A DNA stretch of 64,000 nt. Origin: Azolla caroliniana (taxonomy: Eukaryota; Plantae; Polypodiophyta). Position 1 is the first letter of the stretch. Each line of letters begins with the position of its first letter. This document shows, one piece after another, positions 53,580 to 64,000 of this stretch. Location of the stretch: NCBI GenBank assembly GCA_043228905.1, contig JBHGNT010000039.1, forward strand, positions 1 through 64,000, written 5' to 3'. The position numbers and the translations under genes are program-made. The notes below the pieces were generated by a model. That model did no database searches and was not told the DNA's origin. It saw only the letters and a program-made list of their open reading frames with translations.

Positions 53580-56500
53580 GCTTCGATTCGCATGTTTGAA
53601 CACAAAAATCCGATATCACACGAGTTAGGTATCAACATTTTTATTTACTCAAGGGTTCCTCTCAACTCCCTCGTCAAGATTGCTAATTTCGTCATATCTC
53701 TCGACCTAAGTTTCAAAATCTTGATTTTTTAAATCCATATCATAGCTAGCGTTGTTGGCTTCGATTCGCATGTTTGAACACAAAAATCCGATATCACACG
53801 AGCCAGGTATGAACATTGTAATTTACCTACTAGCTCTTCTCAACTCCCTCCTCAAATTTGCTAATTTCGACATGTCTCTCGACCTTAGTTTCAAAATCTT
53901 GATTTTTTAATTCCATATCCTAGCTAGCGTTGTTAGCTTCGATTCGCATGTTTGAACACAAAAATCCGATATCACACGAGCTAGGTATGAACATTTTTAT
54001 TTACTCAAGGGTTCCTCTCAACTCCCTCGTCAAGGTTGCTAATTTCGTCATACCTCTCGACCTGAGTTTCAAAATCTTGATTTTTTAATTCCATATCATA
54101 GCTAGCGTTGTTAGCTCCGATTCGCATGTTTGAACACAAAAATCCGATATCACACGAGTTAGGTATCAACATATTTATTTACTCAACGGTTCCTCTCAAC
54201 TCCCTCGTCAAGGTTGCTAATTTCGTCATATCTCTCGACCTGAGTTTCAAAGTCTTGATTTTTTAAATCCATATCATAGCTAGCGTTGTTGGCTTCGATT
54301 CGCATGTTTGAACACAAAAATCCGATATCACACGAGCTAGGTATGAACATTTTTATTTACTCAAGGGCTCCTCTCAACTCCCTCGTCAAGGTTGCTAATT
54401 TCGTCATGTCTCTCGACCTTAGTTTCAAAATCTTGATTTTTTTAATTCCATATCATAGCTAGCGTTGTTAGCTTCGATTTGCATGTTTGAACACAAAAAT
54501 CCGATATCACACGAGCCAGGTATGAACATTTTAATTTACTCAAGGGCTCTTCTCAACTCACTCCTCAAATTTGCTAATTTCGTCATGTCTCTCGACCTTA
54601 GTTTCAAAATCTTGATTTTTTAATTCTATATCATAGCTAGCGTTGTTAGCTTCAATTCGCATGTTTGAACACAAAAATCCGATATCACACGAGTTAGGTA
54701 TCAACATTTTTATTTACTCAAGGGTTCCTCTCAACTCCCTCGTCAAGGTTGCTAATTTCGTCATATCTCTCGACCTGAGTTTCAAAATCTTGATTTTTTA
54801 AATCCATATCATAGCTAGCGTTGTTGGCTTCGATTCGCATGTTTGAACACAAAAATCCGATATCACAGGAGCCAGGTATGAACATTGTAATTTACCTACT
54901 AGCTCTTCTCAACTCCCTCCTCAAATTTGCTAATTTCGTCATGTCTCTCGACCTTAGTTTCAAAATCTTGATTTTTTTAATTCCATATCATAGCTAGCGT
55001 TGTTAGCTTCGATTTGCATGTTTGAACACAAAAATCCGATATCACCCGAGCTAGGTATGAACATTTTTATTTACTCAAGGGCTCCTCTCAACTCCCTCGT
55101 CAAGGTTGCTAATTTCGTCATGTCTCTCGACCTGAGTTTCAAAATCTTGATTTTTTAATTCCATATCATAGCTAGCGTTGTTAGCTTCGATTCGCATGTT
55201 TGAACACAAAAATCCGATATCACACGTGCTAGGTATAACCAATTTAATTTACTCAAGGGCTCCTCTCAACTCACTCCTCAAATTTGCTAATTTCGTCATG
55301 TCTCTCGACCTGAGTTTCAAAATCTTGATTTTTTAATTCCATATCATAGCTAGCGTTGTTAGCTTCGATTCGCATGTTTGAACACAAAAATCCGATATCA
55401 CACGAGTTAGGTATCAACATTTTTATTTACTCAAGGGTTCCTCTCAACTCCCTCGTCAAGGTTGCTAATTTCGTCATATCTCTCGACCTGAGTTTCAAAA
55501 TCTTGATTTTTTAAATCCATATCATAGCTAGCGTTGCTGGCTTCGATTCGCATGTTTGAACACAAAAATCCGATATCACACGAGCTAGGTATGAACATTG
55601 TAATTTACCTACTAGCTCTTCTCAACTCACTCCTCAAACTTGCTAATTTCTTCATGTCTCTCGACCTGAGTTTCAAAATCTTGATTTTTTAATTCCATAT
55701 CATAGCTAGCGTTGTTAGCTTCGATTCGCATATTTGAACACAAAAATCCGATATCACACGAGCCAGGTATGAACATTTTAATTTACTCAAGGGCTCCTCT
55801 CAACTCCCTCCTCAAATTTTGTAATTTCGTCATGTCTCTCGACCTGGGTTTCAAAATCTTGATTTTTTAATTCCATATCATAGCTAGCGTTGTTAGCTTC
55901 GATTCGCATGTTTGAACACAAAAATCCGATATCACACGAGCCAGGTATGAACATTTTAATTTACTCAAGGGCTCTTCTCAACTCCCTCCTCAAATTTACT
56001 AATTTCGTCATGTCTCTCGACGTTAGTTTCAAAATCTTGATTTTTTAATTCCATATCATAGCTAGCGTTGTTAGCTTCGATTCGCATGTTTGAACACAAA
56101 AATCCGATATCACACGAGCTAGGTATGAACATTGTAATTTACCTACTAGTTCTTCTCAACTCACTCCTCAAACTTGCTAATTTCTTCATGTCTCTCGACC
56201 TGAGTTTCAAAATCTTGATTTTTTAATTCCATATCATAGCTAGCGTTGTTAGCTTCGATTCGCATGTTTGAACACAAAAATCCGATATCACACGAGCCAG
56301 GTATGAACATTTTAATTTACTCAAGGGCTCCTCTCAACTCCCTCCTCAAATTTTGTAATTTCGTCATGTCTCTCGACCTGGGTTTCAAAATCTTGATTTT
56401 TTAATTCCATATCATAGCTAGCGTTGTTAGCTTCGATTCGCATGTTTGAACACAAAAATCCGATATCACACGAGCCAGGTATAAACATTTTAATTTACTC

Positions 56501-59131
56501 ATGGGCTCCTCTCAACTCCCTCCTCAAATTTGGTAATTTCGTCATGTCTCTCGACCTGGGTTTCAAAATCTTGATTTTTTAATTCCATATCATAGCTAGC
56601 GTTGTTAGCTTCGATTCGCATGTTTGAACACAAAAATCCGATATCACACGAGCCAGGTATGAACATTTTAATTTACTCCAGGGCTCCTCTCAACTCCCTC
56701 CTCAAATTTAGTAATTTCGTCATGTCTCTCGACCTGAGTTTAAAAATCTTGATTTTTTAATTCCATATTATAGCTAGCGTTGTTAGCTTCGATTCGCATG
56801 TTTGAACCCAAAAATCCGATATCACACTCGCTAGGTATGAACATTTTAATTTACTCAAGGGCTCCTCTCAACTCACTCCTCAAAGTTGGTAATTTCTTCA
56901 TGTCTCTCGACCTGAGTTTCAAAATCTTGATTTTTCAATTCCATATCATAGCTAGCGTTGTTAGCTTCGATTCGCATGTTTGAACACAAAAATCCGATAT
57001 CACACGAGCTAGGTATGAACATTTTAATTCACTCACGCGCTCTTCCAACCTCACTCCTCAAATTTGGTAATTTCGTCATATCTCTCGACCTAAGTTACAA
57101 AATCTTGATTTTTTAAATCCATATCATAGCTAGCGTTGTTGGCTTCGATTCGCATGTTTGAACACAAAAATCCGATATCACACGAGCCAGGTATGAACAT
57201 TGTAATTTACCTACTAGCTCTTCTCAACTCCCTCCTCAAATTTGCTAATTTCGTCATGTCTCTCGACCTTAGTTTCAAAATCTTGATTTTTTAATTCCAT
57301 ATCATAGCTAGCGTTGTTAGCTTCGATTCGCATGTTTGAACACAAAAATCCGATATCACACGAGCCAGGTATGAACAGTGTAATTTACTCAAGGGCTCCT
57401 CTCAACTCACTCCTCAAATTTTCTAATTTCGTCATGTCTCTCGACCTTAGTTTCAAAATCTTGATTTTTTAATTCTATATCATAGCTAGCGTTGTTAGCT
57501 TCGATTCGCATGTTTGAACACAAAAATCCGATATCACACGAGCTAGGTATGCCCATTTTAATTTACTCAAGGGCTCCTCTCAACTCCCTCGTCAAGGTTG
57601 CTAATTTCATCATATCTCTCGACCTTAGTTTCAAAATCTTGATTTTTTAAATCCATATCATAGCTAGCGTTGTTGGCTTCGATTTGCATGTTTGAACACA
57701 AAAATCCGATATCACACGAGCCAGGTATGAACATTGTAATTTACCTACTAGCTCTTCTCAACTCACTCCTCAAATTTGGTAATTTCGTCATGTCTCTCGA
57801 CCTTAGTTTCAAAATCTTGATTTTTTAATTCCATATCATAGCTAGCGTTGTTAGCTTCGATTCGCATGTTTGAACACAAAAATCCGATATCACACGAGCT
57901 AGGTATGAACATTTTTATTTACTCAAGGGCTCCTCTCAACTCCCTCGTCAAGGTTGCTAATTTCGTCATGTCTCTCGACCTTAGTTTCAAAATCTTGATT
58001 TTTTTAATTCCATATCATAGCTAGCGTTGTTAGCTTCAATTCGCATGTTTGAACACAAAAATCCGATATCACACGAGCTAGGTATGAACATTTTTATTTA
58101 CTCAAGGGCTCCTCTCAACTCCCTCGTCAAGGTTGCTAATTTCGTCATGTCTCTCGACCTGAGTTTCAAAATCTTGATTTTTTTAATTCCATATCATAGC
58201 TAGCGTTGTTAGCTTCGATTCGCATGTTTGAACACAAAAATCCGATATCACACGAGCCAGGTATGAACATTTTAATTTACTCAAGGGCTCCTCTCAACTC
58301 CCTCCTCAAATTTTGTAATTTCGTCATGTCTCTCGACCTGGGTTTCAAAATCTTGATTTTTTAATTCCATATCATAGCTAGCGTTGTTAGTTTCGATTCG
58401 CATGTTTGAACACAAAAATCGGATATCACACGAGCCAGGTATGAACATTTTAATTTACTCAAGGGCTCCTCTCAACTCCCTCCTCAAATTTGGTAATTTC
58501 GTCATGTCTCTCGACCTTAGTTTCAAAATCTTGATATTTTAATTCCATACCATAGCTAGCGTTGTTAGCTTTGATTTGCATGTTTGAACACAAAAATCCG
58601 ATATCACACTCGCTGGGTATAAACATTTTAATTTACTCAAGGGCTCCTCTCAACTCACTCCTCAAATTTGCTAATTTCGTCATGTCTCTCGACCTGAGTT
58701 TCAAAATCTTGATTTTTTAATTCGATATCATAGCTAGCGTTGTTAGCTTCGATTCGCATGTTTGAACACAAAAATCCGATATCACACGAGTTAGGTATCA
58801 ACATTTTTATTTACTCAACGGTTCCTCTCAACTCCCTCGTCAAGGTTGCTAATTTCGTCATATCTCTCGACCTGAGTTTCAAAATCTTGATTTTTTAAAT
58901 CCATATCATAGCTAGCGTTGTTGGCTTCGATTCGCATGTTTGAACACAAAAATCCAATATCACACGAGCCAGGTATGAACATTGTAATTTACCTACTAGC
59001 TCTTCTCAACTCCCTCCTCAAATTTGCTAATTTCGTCATGTCTCTCGACCTTAGGTTCAAAATCTTGATTTTTTAATTCCATATCATAGCTAGCGTTGTT
59101 AGCTTCGATTCGCATGTTTGAACACAAAAAT

Positions 59132-61360
59132 CCGATATCACACGAGCTAGGTCTGAACATTTTTATTTACTCAAGGGTTCCTCTCAACTCCCTCGTCAAG
59201 GTTGCTAATTTCGTCATACCTCTCGACCTGAGTTTCAAAATCTTGATTTTTTAAATCCATATCATAGCTAGCGTTGTTGGCTTCGATTCGCATGTTTGAA
59301 CACAAAAATCCGATATCACACGAGCCAGGTATGAACATTGTAATTTACCTACTAGCTCTTCTCAACTCCCTCCTCAAATTTGCTAATTTCGTCATGTCTC
59401 TCGACCTGAGTTTCAAAATCTTGATTTTTTTAATTCCATATCATAGCTAGCGTTGTTAGCTTCGATTCGCATGTTTGCACACAAAAATCCGATATCACAC
59501 GAGCCAGGTATGAACATTTTAATTTACTCAAGGGCTCCTCTCAACTCCCTCCTCAAATTTTGTAATTTCGTCATGTCTCTCGACCTGGGTTTCAAAATCT
59601 TGATTTTTTAATTCCATATCATAGCTAGCGTTGTTAGTTTCGATTCGCATGTTTGAACACAAAAATCCGATATCACACGAGCCAGGTATGAACATTTTAA
59701 TTTACTCAAGGGCTCCTCTCAACTCCCTCCTCAAATTTGGTAATTTCGTCATGTCTCTCGACCTGGGTTTCAAAATCTTGATATTTTAATTCCATATCAA
59801 AGCTAGCGTTGTTAGCTTCGATTCGCATGTTTGAACACAAAAATCCGATATCACACTCGCTAGGTATAACCATTTTAATTTACTCAAGGGCTCCTCTCAA
59901 CTCACTCCTCAAATTTGCTAATTTCGTCATGTCTCTCGACCTTAGTTTCAAAATCTTGATTTTTTAATTCCATACCATAGCTAGCGTTGTTAGCTTCGAT
60001 TTGCATGTTTGAACACAAAAATCCGATATCACACTCGCTAGGTATGAACATTTTAATTTACTCAAGGGCTCCTCTCAACTCACTCCTCAAATTTGCTAAT
60101 TTCGTCATGTCTCTCGACCTGAGTTTCAAAATCTTGATTTTTTAATTCCATATCATAGCTAGCGTTGTTAGCTTCGATTCGCATGTTTGAACACAAAAAT
60201 CCGATATCACACGAGTTAGGTATCAACATTTTTATTTACTCAACGGTTCCTCTCAACTCCCTCGTCAAGGTTGCTAATTTCGTCATATCTCTCGACCTGA
60301 GTTTCAAAATCTTGATTTTTTAATTCCATATCATAGCTAGCGTTGTTAGCTTCGATTCGCATGTTTGAACACAAAAATCCGATATCACACGAGCTAGGTA
60401 TGAACATTTTTATTTACTCAAGGGTTCCTCTCAACTCCCTCGTCAAGGTTGCTAATTTCGTCATACCTCTCGACCTGAGTTTCAAAATCTTGATTTTTTA
60501 AATCCATATCATAGCTAGCGTTGTTGGCTTCGATTCGCATGTTTGAACACAAAAATCCGATATCACACGAGCCAGGTATGAACATTGTAATTTACCTACT
60601 AGCTCTTCTCAACTCCCTCCTCAAATTTGCTAATTTCGTCATGTCTCTCGACCTGAGTTTCAAAATCTTGATTTTTTTAATTCCATATCATAGCTAGCGT
60701 TGTTAGCTTCGATTCGCATGTTTGCACACAAAAATCCGATATCACACGAGCCAGGTATGAACATTTTAATTTACTCAAGGGCTCCTCTCAACTCCCTCCT
60801 CAAATTTTGTAATTTCGTCATGTCTCTCGACCTGGGTTTCAAAATCTTGATTTTTTAATTCCATATCATAGCTAGCGTTGTTAGTTTCGATTCGCATGTT
60901 TGAACACAAAAATCCGATATCACACGAGCCAGGTATGAACATTTTAATTTACTCAAGGGCTCCTCTCAACTCCCTCCTCAAATTTGGTAATTTCGTCATG
61001 TCTCTCGACCTGGGTTTCAAAATCTTGATATTTTAATTCCATATCAAAGCTAGCGTTGTTAGCTTCGATTCGCATGTTTGAACACAAAAATCCGATATCA
61101 CACTCGCTAGGTATAACCATTTTAATTTACTCAAGGGCTCCTCTCAACTCACTCCTCAAATTTGCTAATTTCGTCATGTCTCTCGACCTTAGTTTCAAAA
61201 TCTTGATTTTTTAATTCCATACCATAGCTAGCGTTGTTAGCTTCGATTTGCATGTTTGAACACAAAAATCCGATATCACACTCGCTAGGTATGAACATTT
61301 TAATTTACTCAAGGGCTCCTCTCAACTCACTCCTCAAATTTGCTAATTTCGTCATGTCTC
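59132..61360. repeat. 7-mer period duplication (1247 bp), second copy partial
   Basis: tttgCacac (59477/60724), ttagTttcg, gatAtttt, atcaAagct and cataCcat recur at offset 1247. Confidence 0.85.
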
Positions 61361-61625
61361 TCGACGTTAGTTTCAAAATCTTGATTTTTTAATTCCATAT
61401 CATAGCTAGCGTTGTTGGCTTCGATTCGCATGTTTGAACACAAAAATCCGATATCACAGGAGCCAGGTATGAACATTGTAATTTACCTACTACCTCTTCT
61501 CAACTCCCTCCTCAAATTTGGTAATTTCGTCATGTCTCTCGACCTTAGTTTCAAAATCTTGATTTTTTAATTCCATATCATAGCTAGCGTTGTTAGCTTC
61601 GATTCGCATGTTTGAACACAAAAAT

Positions 61626-62985
61626 CCGATATCACACGAGCCACGTATGAACCAATTTAATTTACTCAAGGGCTCCTCTCAACTCCCTCCTCAAATTTGC
61701 TAATTTCGTCATGTCTCTCGACCTTAGTTTCAAAATCTTGATTTTTTCATTCCATATCATAGCTAACGTTGTTAGCTTCGATTCGCATGTTTGAACACAA
61801 AAATCCGATATCACACGTGCTAGGTATAACCAATTTAATTTACTCAAGGGCTCCTCTCAACTCACTCCTCAAATTTGCTAATTTCGTCATGTCTCTCGAC
61901 CTGGGTTTCAAAATCTTGATTTTTTAATTCCATATCATAGCTAGCGTTGTTAGCTTCGATTCGCATGTTTGAACACAAAAATCTGATATCACACTCGCTA
62001 GGTATAACCATTTTAATTTACTCAAGGGCTCCTCTCAACTCACTCGTCAAATTTGGTAATTTCGTCATGTCTCTCGACCTTAGTTTCAAAATCTGTATTT
62101 TTTAATTCTATATCATAGCTAGCGTTGTTAGCTTCGATTCGCATGTTTAAACACAAAAATCCGATATCACACGAGCTAGGTATGACCATTTTAATTTACT
62201 CAAGGGCTCCTCTCAACTCCCTCGTCAAGGTTGCTAATTTCGTCATATCTCTCGACCTGAGTTTCAAAATCTTGATTTTTTAAATCCATATCATAGCTAG
62301 CGTTGCTGGCTTCGATTCGCATGTTTGAACACAAAAATCCGATATCATACGAGCCAGGTATGAACATTGTAATTTACTCAAGGGCTCCTCTCAACTCCCT
62401 CGTCAAGGTTGCTAATTTCGTCATGTCTCTCGACCTGAGTTTCAAAATCAATATCATAGCTAGTGTTGTTAGCTTCGATTCGCATGTTTGAACACAAAAA
62501 TCCGATATCACACGAGCCACGTATGAACCAATTTAATTTACTCAAGGGCTCCTCTCAACTCCCTCCTCAAATTTGCTAATTTCGTCATGTCTCTCGACCT
62601 TAGTTTCAAAATCTTGATTTTTTCATTCCATATCATAGCTAACGTTGTTAGCTTCGATTCGCATGTTTGAACACAAAAATCCGATATCACACGTGCTAGG
62701 TATAACCAATTTAATTTACTCAAGGGCTCCTCTCAACTCACTCCTCAAATTTGCTAATTTCGTCATGTCTCTCGACCTGGGTTTCAAAATCTTGATTTTT
62801 TAATTCCATATCATAGCTAGCGTTGTTAGCTTCGATTCGCATGTTTGAACACAAAAATCTGATATCACACTCGCTAGGTATAACCATTTTAATTTACTCA
62901 AGGGCTCCTCTCAACTCACTCGTCAAATTTGGTAATTTCGTCATGTCTCTCGACCTTAGTTTCAAAATCTGTATTTTTTAATTCC
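61626..62985. repeat. 3-monomer block repeated at 876-bp (5-mer) spacing
   Basis: gagccaCgtatg, ttttCattcc, gctaAcg and aatctGTa recur from starts at 61626 and 62502. The offset is 876 = 890+1-15. Confidence 0.8.
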
Positions 62986-64000
62986 ATATCATAGCTAGCG
63001 TTGTTAGCTTCGATTCACATGTTTGAACACAAAAATCCGATATCACACGAGCCAGGTATGAACCAATTTAATTTACTCAAGGGCTCCTCTCAACTCCCTC
63101 CTCAAATTTGCTAATTTCGTCATGTCTCTCGACGTTAGTTTCAAAATCTTGATTTTTTAATTCCATATCATAGCTAGTGTTGTTAGCTTCGATTCGCATG
63201 TTTGAACACAAAAATCCGATATCACACGAGCCAGGTATGAACAGTGTAATTTACTCAAGGGCTCCTCTCAACTCACTCCTCAAATTTTCTAATTTCGTCA
63301 TGTCTCTCGACCTTAGTTTCAAAATCTTGATTTTTTAATTCTATATCATAGCTAGCGTTGTTAGCTTCGATTCGCATGTTTGAACACAAAAATCCGATAT
63401 CACACGAGCTAGGTCTGAACATTTTTATTTACTCAAGGGTTCCTCTCAACTCCCTCGTCAAGGTTGCTAATTTCGTCATACCTCTCGACCTGAGTTTCAA
63501 AATCTTGATTTTTTAAATCCATATCATAGCTAGCGTTGTTGGCTTCGATTCGCATGTTTGAACACAAAAATCCGATATCACACGAGCCAGGTATGAACAT
63601 TGTAATTTACCTACTAGCTCTTCTCAACTCCCTCCTCAAATTTGGTAATTTCGTCATGTCTCTCGACCTTAGTTTCAAAATCTTGATTTTTTAATTCCAT
63701 ATCATAGCTAGCGTTGTTAGCTTCGATTCGCATGTTTGAACACAAAAATCCGATATCACACGAGCTAGGTATGAACATTTTTATTTACTCAAGGGCTCCT
63801 CTCAACTCCCTCGTCAAGGTTGCTAATTTCGTCATGTCTCTCGACCTTAGTTTCAAAATCTTGATTTTTTAATTCCATATCATAGCTAGCGTTGTTAGCT
63901 TCGATTCGCATGTTTGAACACAAAAATCCGATATCACACGAGCCAGGTATGAACATTTTAATTTACTCAAGGGCTCCTCTCAACTCACTCCTCAAATTTG

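Larger units (their letters stand above)
50285..54500. repeat. 2108-bp tandem duplication (12-mer) carrying an interstitial telomeric tract
   Basis: The telomeric tract (51435/53543), an 18-bp internal duplication (50625/52733), ttcCattc, aagAttg, gAcatg, gctCcga and aaaGtc all recur at offset 2108. I noticed one difference between copies, at 53920. Confidence 0.95.
4122..64000. repeat. 178-bp tandem satellite array (telomere-associated), about 336 monomers, single orientation
   Basis: The CCGATATC landmark recurs at 4122, 4300, 4478 and 4656, giving a 178-bp period. Consensus is approximately ccgatatcacacgagctaggtatgaacattttaatttactcaagggctcctctcaactcactcctcaaatttgctaatttcgtcatgtctctcgacctgagtttcaaaatcttgattttttaattccatatcatagctagcgttgttagcttcgattcgcatgtttgaacacaaaaat. 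I saw no inversions or transposon insertions. Confidence 0.99.

Noticed and set aside
18682-62723. Sixteen short ORFs (60-119 aa) on both strands
   Set aside because: All are translations of the satellite where a point variant or indel removes a stop codon. They mostly use non-ATG starts, have no recognisable domain, and overlap on opposite strands.
4122-64000. CRISPR-like array or prokaryotic repeat system
   Set aside because: There are no unique spacers and no cas genes. The whole 178-bp unit repeats, and the context is a eukaryotic telomere.
4122-64000. 5S rDNA, tRNA or snRNA tandem array
   Set aside because: I could not recognise any 5S, tRNA or snRNA sequence, or a gene-plus-spacer structure, in the monomer.
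4122-64000. Identity with Arabidopsis CEN178 because of equal length
   Set aside because: Only the length matches. I see no sequence resemblance, and the conserved HindIII site is absent.

Overview
This window is a eukaryotic chromosome end, most likely from a land plant, and has no credible genes. Positions 1-4123 are an Arabidopsis-type telomere, (CCCTAAA)n, with the C-strand on +. It joins directly, with no spacer, to a head-to-tail 178-bp AT-rich satellite of about 336 monomers that runs off the window end. The array contains many local higher-order duplications (4-, 5-, 7-, 9-, 10-, 12- and 13-mers) and several microhomology-bounded deletions. The most notable feature is a 37-bp telomeric tract that replaces 69 bp of a satellite monomer. 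It has microhomology at both junctions and the same polarity as the true telomere, and it was later copied as part of a 2108-bp tandem duplication (51435 and 53543). An 11-nt non-telomeric insert in the distal telomere matches the start of the SMART/PacBio amplification adapter and is probably an artefact. All listed ORFs are chance read-throughs of the satellite. I could not assign the species or the satellite family.
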